Notes under the pieces: generated by a model | What the model saw: only the letters and a program-made list of their open reading frames with translations | Databases searched by the model: none | What the model was told of the DNA's origin: nothing | Shown: in pieces, positions 48,256 through 61,725 of the stretch | How the letters are laid out: each line of letters opens with the position of its first letter | Position numbering within the stretch: the first letter of the stretch is position 1 | Position numbers and translations under genes: made by a program | From: Podarcis melisellensis | Lineage: Eukaryota | Direction: 5' to 3' (one strand) | Assembly (NCBI GenBank): GCA_964234715.1 | Contig: OZ174278.1 | DNA length: 64,000 nt

Positions 48256-51200
48256 TCACTGGGAGTGTTGGGCATCTGCATAACTTCTACAGGATGTAAG
48301 AGTACTCGACTTTGGCGGCATAATTCTGTCTGTGTGTTTAACCCTTCGTAAACAGCAATATATCTTTTGCATTGATACAGACACCAGTGGATTTTCTTTT
48401 CCACATGTAGCACAACCAGTGTGTGTGATCCAGCGGCAATTGTGACACCCCCTCCCTCTGAAATCAATGGTACCGAGTGTCACTAAATGTACTTTTTAGC
48501 CTGATTGTCCCCATTATGTTGAAATAACTTTCAGTGAAACTTTAAATCCAAATAATAGGGACAATCCAACCAAAATTACCGTAAGCAGGACAAATTCCCG
48601 CAGGTTTTCATTTATTCACAAAGCAGAGCTCAACATCGGCGGGATCTTACCCAGTGCACAAAAGAACTGGGTTGTGTTTGAAGAGATAACTTTAGCAAGG
48701 AGGAAATCCAAATATGAAAACACTGCCTGGGAGTGGGAACGGGGCCAGACTGAAGGCACAGAGTGATATCCTAACATTCACTTTTTTAAAAAAGCAAAAA
48801 AGCAAGGTGTCAAATGTCAGTTTCCACTTCAAATTAAGTTTCTAGCGTTTCTATCTGTGAAAACAAGCTGGCGCAGAAGGCCAGAGACAAACAAGAGCTC
48901 CTATTTTTAATAGGGCAACCATTTTCCTAGAAGTTCGTCTCCCAGCCCAGAAAAGGGTTAAGGGGAGAGGAAAAAAACATTAAGTAGGTTGGTGAGATCC
49001 CCAGCCCTTGATTTGATTAAGTAACCCAACCCTGGTGGCTTCCACCATTGGAGCTGCTGTTGTTGCGCCGCCGCCGCCGCTGCTGCTTTGAGTGCTTTCA
49101 GTAATTCAATGACGCCTGCTCACTCCAGGGAAAGAAATCATTAGCGGGCTCACTGGAGAAGCATTAGCAGTCCGAAAGGATCGGCGCTGCGTGCAGCAGG
49201 GAAGGCAGGTGAAAGGCAACCGGATTTTCGCGTCCAGCAACAGAAGGGCCTCGCCTGCCTTTCTTCCCTCCCGAACGCGCCATCTCCGCCCGCATTAAAT
49301 TCTAGTTTGCTGCATGAGTGAAGTGTCAGGACAAGCTGCGTTTTATTAACACGATTATCGCGGCGCGTGATTTATTCCAGTGCCGGATTTTAATTGCTCT
49401 TTGGAGGTTCAGTCGTTTCTTTTGACTGAGCTTCAGCCTGCATCCCGCTGTTAAATGCTGGGTTAATAAGTAGGGGGAGCCTTTAATGCACAGGATACCC
49501 CTTCAGCTCTTCCTCTCACCAAAAAGGAGGGAGGGGAGGGGAAAGTGCGCGCAGGCACAAAATGCCTCGCCAAGGGGAGGAACGGCGAACGCGGGACGCG
49601 CTGCGCTAAATTGCTTTTCTGCAGAGAAGGGAGGCTTCCCGAGCTTTTTCGGTTTTTTAAACGGAGACGTACTAGGGCGCAATCCTTAACGTAGCTACCA
49701 CCGAGGAAGTCGCTCTGCACAAATCGGGACCCATTTCTAAGCTAAACGCGTTTAGGATCGCGCGGAACGGATGGAGCCCTTAACCTTTGTATTCCTAATA
49801 AGGGGCCATCCTACACACGGTTAATAACTTGGGGATACAGCACCACTGAAACTAACTCACTATCCAATATAAGTAAGCGATTAGGATCGGGCTCTGCTGC
49901 TGCAGCCCTTCAACCCCTGTGGCTCAACCAAGCCCAGTGGGATTACCCGAGAGTAAACGGTGGAGGAGCCCAGGGGTCTGGTCGGACCTATCCACGCAGC
50001 GGCCAGTGGAGAGCGCCACGCACGCACGCACCGCAGTTTAAAAGCCCCCGTGCTCCAAAACAGACGAATTAACCCTTAAAACCAGAGCGGAGGCAAAACC
50101 TAGGTTGCGTTTGCGCACAAATGCTCCAACCACGATCAGAGGAGGACCTCCGTATAAGCGCCAAGGAAAGCCCTGTGTTCTCTCAAGCATTTCATGAGCC
50201 CTTCTTGTTCCCCCTCCCAGCTCCTTGAAGAAGCCTTTTGTGCAGATCCCCACGCACGGAACATATTTTACTGAAATGGCACCGTCCCCTCCCTCCCTCC
50301 GCAGCAGCTAGCTTGCAAGAGCTGACCCCAATTGCTGTCAAGGAAGAGGAGCTGGCCCCTTCTCTTCTCCTCTCCTTCCTTCTCGCACCCCCCACCCCAC
50401 CGCCCCAGTAAAAGCTAGGACGAAATATCGCCCTATCATTCAAAAGTTGTTGTTCCAGGGGAAAGACGGGTTTTGCTGACCAGATTTAGTGTTTTCCAGA
50501 TGCACGGCTCGTAATGTTTTCAAATGGAGCAGCCGCAGCCTGGAGAGTGATTGAGAGTTTTACATACGGTTAGTAGCCGCCCAGAGCGCTGCCTCATCTG
50601 TAAGGAATGGAGGGGACACAAAGTCCAAAGAGATAGGGCTGTCTGCACGGAGGGAGGGGACGCCGCTCCCTCTGCCCTTTCCCCCACCCCTTTTCTGAAA
50701 AGCAGGAGACATGCCCGGGAGCCTAATCTTACTTTTTATAGGCTGGAACTGAGCTAAGGCTCTGGGTTTCCTCGCGGGGAAATGTATCGTTGGTTGCCAT
50801 CGGCTGGTGCTCCTGAGATCTGCAAAAGTCGACCCCAGGAGCGCGATCTGAGTCAACCCCAGATACTTGGGGCGGTGTGTGGGGAGGGGGAGCCATTGGC
50901 TTCCAAAGGCAGATATGCAAGCGAAGCTACGCCCTGAATGCAAAGGTTTCCTAAACAGGGAAGAGAGGAAGGTCAAAGGCAAATTGCCAAATAATCGGCC
51001 CAGATTATGATAGCTCCCAAAGCGCTACAGTGCGTATTTAAAAATAAAACAACAAAACAAGGAGAAAAAGAAAACTATGTTGCCTTCTGCTGCAAGACAA
51101 CCATCTCTCTTTGCTAGTCCACGCCGCGAAACTCGCCCCGGGCAAAGGTGTTTGCACAGAAGGGGATTGCTTAAAGTCTGCCGCGGAGCTTTTGCAACAG

Positions 51201-53140
51201 AAGAAGTTGCCAAATTCCCCTTTGGAGCGTCGCCGCTGCATCCCAGCGACACGAGGCGAAAGGGAGGCGGGATCAGCGGGCTGGGAGAGAAAGGCCTTTT
51301 CGGAGGCCGGGAGAGGAGTTGCAGCAGCCGGGAGCGCGCAGCGCCTGAGCCGGTTCTGTGCAAAAAGTACAACCGAGCGCGCGCGATCCCTTCCCGGGGA
51401 GGTGGGCGAGGCGAGATGTTTGCTCGTTTCTGCTCGTTTTCAGGGTCGCGCTTCCCAGCGCATACATACGTTGTTTATAATCACCGCCGCCCTGATGAAC
51501 TTTTTGTGAACTGTTTAAAAGTGGAGGTCTGTTGAACAAACAGCGGCGCCACTGCCAGCCATAATTTCATTGCAACAAGCAACAGACTTTTAACCCTTCG
51601 GCTCCAGGAGGAGACGTTGCTGGCAAAGCAGCAGCTCTTTCTGCTTTGTGGCTGTGAGCATGGAAGGTTACATATAAGCAACCACTCCGCTTACGGAGCA
51701 ATGGATCCACAGCTCAGTTAAGTCCGAGCATTTGGATCTACGGTCCAGAGCAGGCTTTACCCGCAAGTCCCTGTGAAATCAAAGAAATGCGCTCAAGGCT
51801 GCAATCCTACCCGCTACTCGTTTACCCGGGAGTAATCCCCAGTTAATGCATTGGGACTAGAGTAGACATGCACTGGTTTACCCTGTAACTACCCAAACCT
51901 TCCTCTTACCTGAAGATAAATCCCAAGAGGTCCACTAAAACAAGAATGGGGGACCGGAATCCCACTCTCCTTAGGCCGCACCCCACTGGCCCTGCCCCCA
52001 CAAACCCTTCGGAGCCCTTTTGTCTGGTTTGAATGTGTCCTTGGCCGAAGATAATGCCTCTTCGCTTGCCTTGACGCACTTTATAGAGAAATAGAACACA
52101 GAAACCTTTTGACTCTTGCGCGGTTAGAATGTAGGCTGCCGTAACATCCAATGGAGCCACCGCCGCCTCTGGCCTCGCCCACCGCCGGCCCCGGAAGGCT
52201 CCTTCAGGTGGGACCCTCAGGCTGAAAAGGAGTGCCCCCCCCGCACCGAAATAAAGACAGACCCAAGTCCCGCTTGTATTTTGCGAGGCCTAGTCCCCAG
52301 AAAGTGCACGCAGAATCGGGGCTGTTCAGGACTACTTGTTAGCTCTAGGTATTAATCGCCTGCCTAGACATGCTAATAAAAGGCGACATATATAATGCAT
52401 AGTGTAAATTAAAATGCACAAGCGTCTGAGAAAGTCACGCTTAGAGACACTGTCAAAAAGACGTGGGGTTTGGGCATAAGGAGGGCGGGTAGGCCGTGGC
52501 TGCTAAAGTTTGTTAGTGTTTATTGTGATTATTTCCCACCCCATCCCCCCAAAAATCAGTACTTTGAATTGGTGTGTATGCTTTAGCTGAGATTCCGGCT
52601 ACACTAGAGAGTTGGACTAAAGACCGCAGTTTTATCTAATTCGTCCTGAAAATTAAATAAACCACCTCCCTGGCTGTTTCTCCGCCTCCGTGGAGCGATT
52701 CAGGGCTTGGCACTTTGCTTTTCCGAGTCCCCGCAAGTCTCCTTCTACCTTCGGGAATCTCCCCGTTATGTAACACTCTTTTGCTTTATACATAGAAGGG
52801 GGGCGGAGGGGACATAAGTTAGGAGACAACAGGAAATAACAGAACCGAACATACGTCACGATTCCCCCCCCCCCAAAAAAAAAACTAGATTTAAAAGCTC
52901 TCCTCGGTGCCTCCCCCTCCCGCATGCTACTTTGGAGAGCACACCCCCTCCACCTCGTTTATATGCTGCTAGCACATGCCCAGCACCTCGGCCAGAGTTG
53001 CTAGAAGCTGCCATAGCTGCAGCAGCTTCCGACCGTACCAGCCCGCGACGGAAAGCAAAACCTCCTCCCCGGGGTGCGGATCGCGCCGCGCCTCCTGCCG
53101 AGCAAGGCGAGCTCGCTGGCTGCGCGAGAATGTGACCTAA

Positions 53141-53196
53141 GGCGGCGGCGGCGGCGGCAGCAGCAGCAGCAGCAGCAGGCAGGCAGGCAGGCAGGC
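53141..53196. repeat. (GGC)n(CAG)n(CAGG)n compound repeat in the CpG island
   Basis: Direct reading. Confidence 0.9.
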
Positions 53197-56100
53197 TCCG
53201 AGCGCCAAAGAGGCCACGCGGAATTTCCTCCCCGGAGGTGTCCGGCTGACAAATCCGTCAAGCTCGCCTGGGAGGAAAAGGGGGGGAGCTGCACGGCGGG
53301 GTTTCGCTGCAAAACCTGCTCGGTGTCCGCTGCCGAGAGGAGCCTCCTCTCCCCCCCCCCCCCCATCAAGCTGCTGCGCTCATGTTACAGAGCAGACTCG
53401 AAAGGAAAAGAAAAAAGCGGCCCCGGCGCTCGGCGTGTCTGGCTGAACACCCAGTTCTCCGGGCACCACTGGCAGCCACCGCAACTCCACATCATTGGGT
53501 GGGAGGCAAATGCATTCACGCAGCGCCCTGCTTGGCTGTTGGATCCTCCTCTGCCCTCCCCGTTCTCGTCCTCTCTCTTTTCAAAAAGGGAACCGCTTGC
53601 ATCGCCCTCGCAACGGCAACAGACTCTTGGCAGCCACTGGAGGCGGGCGCAGGAGCAAACTTTTGCTCGCACGCTCCTGCCTTCGCAAACTCAACAAACC
53701 TGGTGCCCGCGGCCAGGGGAAGCAGCCGCAGCGCTTTGCGCTTCGCCTCCCCGGGAAGGAGGGTCCGGAGAAACCATGCCGAGCGCGTTGGCGGCCTCTC
53801 TTTCCCGCCATTCAAGGTGGCGAAGGCGCCTTTCTTGCCAATCAGGGCACGAAAAAGGGTGCAAGGAGGAAAAATAACCAAGAGAGTAAGCCCCAGCCGG
53901 GCTTCAGCGAGCCAGGAAGGAGAGCGAAAGCCGCGAGCACACGAGTTCCCTGTTGGCGCCTTTCCTCTTTCCACCTCTTGCTCCTTTTGGCAGCCGGCCA
54001 CTTTCCACTGCATAAACCACAGGCCCGCCGTCAGCTGCACGGCAGGCGGGTCGGAGCCGTAGAGCAAGCGGACGTGGATAGCGAATGTCAGGGGGGAATG
54101 GCGCTAACCCAGCGGGGCTTTCGCGTTAATCAGAGAAGGCCCTCCTCTGTAATCAAAACAAGACCATACATAGTTTGCCCATCTCTAGCTCCCTGCCCGT
54201 TTCAGGTCTCCCCTAAACAAGCTGCAGAGCATCTGATGGGGAGGCAGCCTTTTCTCCTATATTTCAATAATGACGCGACGTACACTTAGCCTATTCATGA
54301 GCCTGCCCATGTACTCAAGCCTGAACTCGGGGGCAACTACACGCTTTCTGGCTCTACATTACTGGAAATGTATTTATTGCATTTATATATCTCTTCCAAG
54401 GAGGTCAAGGTGGCAAACGTTCCCCAATTTTAGCCGCACATCAATCGCGCGAGGTAAGATCAAAGGAAAGGGCAGAGCGAGTCAAGGTCACTCGGAGCAT
54501 CTTGGTCTACACTAAGCACTACACTGTCCCGGCTTCCCTTTAAGTCAAACCACCTTTTCTTCCATTTACAATTTCGAATTGGCCCAGCCCTTCCTATCTT
54601 CTGTCTGAACCAAGCCCCGCTGTGTTAAACGGGCCTCGCCCCACGGTATTACAACTGTAACCTTAAGATATTAGTGCAGTTTGCTATTATAAACAAAGCT
54701 GCAGTCTTGTGCACACTTGCCTCGGAGTAAGCCCCCTTGAACACAGAAGAATTTATGAAGAAACATGCACTGGGTCGTGCAAAATACGGTGGCATACATT
54801 TGAACACGCCGTTGCGCGGAGGTGGCGGGGAGCTACGTTGTACGAGAGAGCTTGAAGCATGTTTGTTAAGCGAAGTAGGAAACAGCAAACTAAGTATCCA
54901 CGGCGGGGAAGGAGGCGGCTGACCTTTAGCCGGGACGTGTGGCATTTTGTCTGGCCACAAAGCTAAGCACAATGCGCCTGCGACGTCTCCAACCCGATTT
55001 CCTCATGTGCGTATCGGAGGCGCGCAGAACGATGCCCAAGTTTGCCCAAGCAGCGCGCGGAAAAAGAGAAGAACCGGTTGGGTGGCTATTTCAGGGGCTT
55101 TTAAACTTCCCCTTTCTTCTGTCTGCGCACGTTCCTCGGGAGGCTTCCTGCGCCGTCACGTGCGCCTTCGCGATCCGGACTTTCTTCTCATGTCATGTAA
55201 ACAAAGCGCTGTGTAGGCATTACGGGGCGGCCGCGATCGATTGGGCACAGGCAACGGCATCCGGAATGGGGATTCCGGCTTCGAGACTCTCCTGTTTTCC
55301 CTTGGCATTTGTAAGGAACAGGAGCTGCAAGCCTTGGGGAAAGGAGCCGTGTGCATTGCAAAAGTGAGGGGTGAGATGTCGAGAGCAGGAGGACGAGGGG
55401 AAGCGAGGACTCCACAACCCCAGCCAACTGCTGTGTAGCCGCAGGAAAGGAAAGGACTTCCCTGCCTTTTGCCAGGCAGACCCTGCTTCGAAGGGAGAGA
55501 GTGGCTTCAGACAGCCTTTGCCTTCGTTTCCCTGAAAGATCGGGGTTCAAAGGGGCCGTGCACAGACCGGCAGCGCATCCAAAAACCTCTGGCAGCAGCC
55601 CGTCATTTCCTCCACCGCCGTGCGCAAGGCTTCGGACCGCAGCAGCCTCCTTTGCACATCAACCGCGAAGCAAAGCGCAGTGACTTCGACCCTTTACCGC
55701 CATTTGCCAGGAAAACTTGTGAATAAGTGATGTTCGGGGACGGGGAGGGGCGGGGAGAGGAGGAGGACGCAAGGCCGTCAATAAGGGAAAGGTAAAATGG
55801 CTGGCGAGCCTTCAAATAACCCTGCCCGCCGTCTCTGTCTCTCTCTCTCACTCACACACACACACCTCGTCTTCTGCCAACGTTTTCTGCGCGGTGGAGA
55901 AATAGCGCCCCCGCTTCTCCTAGTACGAGACCCGGGGGAAGCTGTGGGGCCCGTTTGTTCCACCCAAATGAACTCGGAGGTGGGGGAGGTGGAGCGGCCA
56001 CGCGGGGGGGGGATATTGGGGGGTCGTCGTGCGCCTTAATAATCTGGTCCCTCGTGAAATAGCCCAGGCACACGGGGCGTTGCAGGAAGCAGAAACGAAA

Positions 56101-58678
56101 CAGAATGAAGGCGAGAGAAGTCTTTCTCTCGCGACCTCGCGTCTCTCCTCGCGAGTTTGATCCGAGAAAGTCCCCGAATTGACTTGTGCCATTAAGGCCC
56201 AGTTCCCGCACTACGTGCACCGCGAAAAGCACCTTCGCCTCGGGCGCCGATGTGGGGGTCTCACCCCGTCCCGCGGGGTCCCCTCCTCCACCCTTCCGAG
56301 AGGATTCTAGGCTCGGCAGCCCCGTGGCCAAGGGCGCTCGCCTGGCCTGTACGGAGCGCAGGCACCTCCTCGCGCTGCCGCCTCCTGCAACTCTCCTTCG
56401 CTCTTTCAGCCAGACCGAATGAGTCATCCCAGCCCGTTTCGTCTCTGAGATCCCCGACCGGCCGCGCCATTTTAGGCGCGCGCTCAGACACGGGCTCGGT
56501 TTCCGCTGCTGCTGCTTGGAGAGACAACAAGCAGGCGGTGACAGAGGCGGAGGAGGGGCGGCGGCAGCAACGGGCCAGAGGAAAGGAGAAGGGCCTCCGT
56601 GCAGCCTACCCGCTTGGCACTCAGTGGGTCTTTCAGGTACCTAAGCGGACGCCGCCTCCCTGGGTGTCAGCCAAGCGAGAGCGGGGGAAAACGCAGGCAA
56701 GGCCCCGTCGGCGCCTGCGGCCCATTAACCCCTCGCACGCCACCCAGCCCGGACAGCAGGCAAGCTGGCTGGCTTGCAAAGACGGAAGGAAGAGGTTCCT
56801 CCCAGCCCAGTGTTGGTCTCACAAGGTTATGCAAAGAATCCAGGTTAGGGAGGGAGTAGGCTGAAAGAAATTTTTTTTAAAAAAAAAAAACGTGTTTGTT
56901 AATAGGAAAGTTTAAGAAAGAAAACCAGCCCAAGTATCGAGCTATGTGCGTGACTAGTACACATAAACAAACCAGCCCAGACCCAGGGTTGGCTGCTGAG
57001 AAGACCAGGATGAAATGGTAAACCCGCTTGGTCCACACCCTCTTGCTTTTGAAGCCCCACGGTCTACAGCAGCGCGCGTGCACGAGGGAGGCGCACACCC
57101 ACAGCCGAGTTTCTCCCCACCCCCTTCGTGATTAATGCGCTCCCCGCCCTTTCTCTCTCCCATTGCCTGCCCCGCCGCTCGGGTCGGCGCTGCCCTTTGT
57201 GGCTTTTCGGCCCGGCGGCCGGGCTGCGAGAGCCCAAAGGAGGTCGGCGTCGGCCCCCGTATTCACCGGGGAAACGAGCAGATATTGATCACGGGCGAGT
57301 TGATTTTGCTTAATTGTGGCTGACAGTGCCTGTGGTTTCCTCATTTACGGAGCAACAGCATCGAGGGTCTGATTGATTGGGAGCGCAGCGCCTCCCACTC
57401 CCCGCTCTCCCTCCCGGCAGACACACACACACGGGGGGGGGAGCGAGCAGCCACCTCCGAGAGGAGCCTGTGTGAAGGCGAGTCCCTCGGGAGGGGAAGG
57501 AGCAGCTTCTCATTATTCAGCAAATGGCCGGCGCGCCGGCAGCTAGAGATGCAGCTTGGTTGCTTCGCTGTCGAGCGCTCGGGCGAGCTTAAGTAGCCTT
57601 AAATCCTCCCGCTCCCCCCGCAGGACCGTCTGCCTGCTTTTGCCTGCGTCGTCGGCCCCTTCGCCTCCACCGCCGCCTCCTCCTCCCCCTCTTCGCCCGC
57701 CAGCAGATTGGTCCGCGAGTTAAGCGCTCGCGAATGGAGAGCTTTTAACCGGGCGGGGGGTTGCAGTCCTCGTCGCCTAAGCGCTCGCTCAGCCGAAGTC
57801 CCCACGCCGAGGTGGCGAGCTCGTCCCCCGCAAACTTAACTCAGGAGCAACCTCGCTCTCCTGTCAATGAAATGACGCCATAGCAAAGCAGCTTAAGGCG
57901 CAATCCAGCGCTCACAAGCCCCGGTTGAAATTAATTGCTAAAGGACAGCCGCCGCTCCCTGCGCAGCTCTGTCAGCCGGGCTTGCGCAGGAGACCTTCCC
58001 GTTGGCTTGCGCCCTTAGCCATCTCTTCCTGCGAAGAAGAAGCGAAAATCCAAACCACCAGCACCATCACACTTCGTCTGTACAAATCCTACCAGTAAGG
58101 AGTTTTGGTGCCAGCGCTTTCTGGAAAATGTACATTAAACGTGCCTTTTAAAATAGAGATGAGCGCAGCAGACTTAAATGTCAGAAAAGGAGCTGTGTGG
58201 CAACCATCTGCAAGCCGCTTGATCCAGGGTGACTTCACAATTACCCTGCGACCCTTTTTGTATCTACTCAGAAGTAAACCTCGTTGAGCTGAATGGGCTT
58301 ACTCACAGGTGAGCGGGCATAGGATTGCCGCCTTAAATGTGAAATCTGGGCCCAGTCCCTAAACCTGCCTATCAGTTGCAGGAGGGTTTCTTCCACGAAT
58401 CATGTTCTCCTGTCCAGATTTCCCTACATTAGCATTTCTAGCTAACTGTCCCATCCCAAGTGCTTTCCGCTCCTTTAACTTTTTTTAGCCCCCCTAAAGT
58501 GCATTCCTGCACCCCGGGGTGGGTTCCATCGTAAAGTAAATGAGCACAGGATTGCAGGCGGCCCAAGGGTCACCGAGAGGAAGACACAGAATACACAGCG
58601 ACACCTGCTTCCAGGTAAACATACATAGGATGGAGCCGAAAGACAATTTTTGCGAAGACGACTAGGGCTTGGGCATCA

Positions 58679-58856
58679 TTCATAGGAACAAAGGTTTATC
58701 ATGAACCAGAACATGGGCCTATCTTGCTCATATTGTCTACACTGATCGGCAGCAGCTCTCCAGGGTTTCAGGAAGGCCTACCTGGGGACGCCAGGAATTG
58801 AAGCAGGGATTTTCTGCGTGCAAGGCAGATGCTCTACCACTCAACCAGGGACTCCC
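58679..58856 (-). mobile_element. tRNA-derived SINE (same family as 11979)
   Basis: Head tgagtggtagagcatctgccttgcacgcagaaaatccctgcttcaattcctggc on the - strand; body gagagctgctgccgatcagtgtagacaata. Confidence 0.7.
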
Positions 58857-61014
58857 CAAGTCCAAACAGGGCCGCTGGTGGGGATAGGAAGCGTTCCTCA
58901 ATTCTAACTGTACATCGCCTAGCATCCTGAGGACAAACCCTCCAGTCTCCCAGAGGCATCTTCAGCAGAATCTATTCCGCCTTTACTAAAAGCATGGTAC
59001 GTGTCCTCAAGCAGCAAGCAGCGATCTAGACGAATTCTCCGGTTTTAATATCCCAGCAATGCGCAGGGCAATAACCGGCCGAGGGAGCACAGAGCAGGGC
59101 CTCGCGGACAAAGTTTCACGGCGCAGCTGGGATTCCTCCTCGGGCTGCGAAGCTGCGCGCCCCCTCGGCCTTCCTCGGAAGACTTAAGGAGCCCGGCGCA
59201 GCCTGCCTTGCCATCTTGAAGTCGTCGGCTCCGAAACGGGAGGGAGACGAGGGGGGCTGAGCGCGGAAGCAACTGCGCTGCAGATGGGCGGCTATGAATT
59301 TTTGCTGCTGCTTCGAGCCTTAATTACTGGCTCTTGATCCGTGGGACTACGACACGACACCGCCAAGGTTAAAATGCCCGGAACAGCTCTGAGCAGATGT
59401 GAGCGAGTTGGCAGACGCGCAAATGAGGTCTGCCTCCAAGCACGATAACAAGTGACTAATACATTGCATATCGCTGAAAGAAAATTATTTTCCTCTCATT
59501 TGCATTAGCTCTCTCCCCCCCCCCCTTAAGACCAAAATAAAAAGCCAACGACAGCACCACCACTCGCGCGCCCCGCTCAGAGGCAGCAGTCTAATCCTGG
59601 GGTGAGTGGGGGGAGAGAAAGATGCTGGGTGACTTTTAGAAATTTGTGGAAGCAGGAAAAGATTTGCCAGTGTTTTGGCAAGGCAGCCGTGTTTATCTTT
59701 CCGCCTTTGCTCCAAGGCAAAAGTAGTTTCGCAAGCAACATTCCTGCAGAAAATGGCAGACGTCACGTTAGAGCTCGATTTATTGCTCTGGCGCTTAATG
59801 AATGACTGCTGGGGGTATCTTCCACCCAGAGTGCCTCGTGCACAGAAACTGGAGAGTGACAGATATGCCGCATGAGAGTGACGAGGAATGAAATTCGATG
59901 TACAGTTGCCAGTTGCCCTGAAACAAGCCGGCATTGCCCAAAACAGAAATTCTATTCACAAACCAGAAGTGCTCGGATTGAAGACGATCGGCGCCACAAT
60001 CCAAAACAAAATAGAATAATCCTTATTCCCAGGTTTGATATGACTTGCCTCCCCGCTGCATGCATGTTAATTCCGAAGCAAGTCCCACAGTGCTGAATGG
60101 AGCTCATCCGCTTCCAAGCAGGGTTAGAGCTGTATCGCTAATGGCTTCCCGTTGAAATAAAAAAGACAGATTTCCAAGCTGTTAAGGACGGGCGGGGGGA
60201 GACCCATTTCAGACAGGCTGACCCCTCACTTTAGCGAGACTAATCATCTCGGTACTAAACCTGTTTATTAAACAGATCCCATTTAAATCAATTGAACTTC
60301 CCTTAACGTGATTCGTACTGGGATCACAGGTTCCTCAAAAAGCACCGAAAGATTTAACTGCCAAGTGTAAATCTACTTTCCTGTATACTCGCAATCAATT
60401 TGAAAACAATAGGACATTTTCACACAATATGTTAAAGGTTTTCTTTTCTTTTCCCCACATCTTTAATTCAAATATAAGACCTAAACAAGCTAAAATGCCT
60501 GTTCATTTTAAACATGGCTCTTTTTCTCTCTTTGTCACACTTTAAGTGTTTTTGCAGCCATAGTGTATCAGTAGTGCAAGAGAATACTCAGAAGTATATT
60601 TCATGTTGTGTGCATGTGCCCTTATAGGTCTTTCCCAGATGCACTCAAATGGCACAAGTGAGATGGAAAAAACATATTGAAAACTGCTTCAGCTTCACTT
60701 TATGATGTGTGGGAATTCAGACACACTTTTGTACTTCCAGATTAATGTGTGAAACAGGAAATTGCACGGGTGAGATGCACAGGAAACATATGGGGGGCAG
60801 TTCATGCATTCCATGCAAGGAGAAATTGGGTGTATTCTTCACATATTACACCAAAGCATTAAAAGCCCACTTTGCCATCATGTCTCTAGCCATTCTGGGT
60901 CATTAGCAATAAGGCCCTGATGCACTTTCCAAGGTGGGAAAGCTGCATAAGCTACTAATTGGCTATATTGATATAGTTGATACACAAAGAAGTGCTCGCT
61001 CCATTACCTACAAT

Positions 61015-61257
61015 GGTAAAGGTAAAGGGACCCTTGACCGCTAGGTCCAATCACGGACAACTCTGGGGTTGCGGCAGTCATCTCGCTTTATTGGCTGAGG
61101 GAGCCGGCATACAGCTTCCGGGTCATGTGGCCAGCATGACTCAACCGCTTCTGGCGAACCAGAGCAGCCCATGGAAATGCTGTTTACCTTCCCGCCAGAG
61201 TGGTACCTATTTATCTACTTGCACTTTGACTTGCTTTCAAACTGATAGGTTGGCAAG
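61015..61257 (-). mobile_element. 5'-truncated Sauria SINE
   Basis: ggtaaaggtaaaggga tail and body highly similar to the 14631-14880 copy. Confidence 0.9.
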
Positions 61258-61582
61258 GAAGCATCAAATTTCTGTAGCAGAATGATTCCCACCTAATCTG
61301 AAAAGTTTATGAAGAGGAGTGAAGCTACCTCACTCTGCTAGGGGGACAGGAAGGCTGTGGCAAAGCAGAGTATTTCTTGCACATGTGTGATCAAAGAGCC
61401 ACTCTGGATAACAGGTTTCACTCCCACTGAGCCAAAGCAAAGTCTAGGAACCATGTCAATGTGATGCAAGTAAAGCAATAGTCCAGGTTACAGTCCCTAA
61501 CTACATTTACCTGTAAGTAAGCCCCATTAAATTCAATAGGATTTACTGCAGAGTAGACAAGGTTAGAATTGCACATTGCTAG

Positions 61583-61725
61583 ATTTCATAGAACTGTAGA
61601 GTTGGAAGGGACCACAGGGATCATCTACTCCAACCCCTTGCAAGACAGGAATCTTTTGCCCAACCTGGGACTTGAACCCACAACCCTGAGATTAAGATTC
61701 TCATGCTATATGACTGAGCTATCCC
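61583..61725 (-). mobile_element. Short tRNA-derived SINE with CR1-type 3' tail (same family as 6233)
   Basis: Aligns over its whole length with 6233-6369. Confidence 0.75.

Larger units (their letters stand above)
49050..60250. promoter_or_regulatory. Extended CpG-rich domain (BCOR promoter/first-intron CpG islands); non-coding exon 1 not located
   Basis: Abrupt rise in GC content and CpG density upstream of exon 2 (dense blocks about 49.0-51.5, 52.1-57.9 and 59.0-59.6 kb) compared with the CpG-depleted introns. Confidence 0.8.

Noticed and set aside
51000-57900. Many overlapping 120-270-aa ORFs (for example 53074..53877, 53495..54289, 56250..56864)
   Set aside because: They occur in all frames on both strands with low-complexity R/P/G/A composition and no recognisable domain, as expected from stop-codon scarcity in a CpG island.
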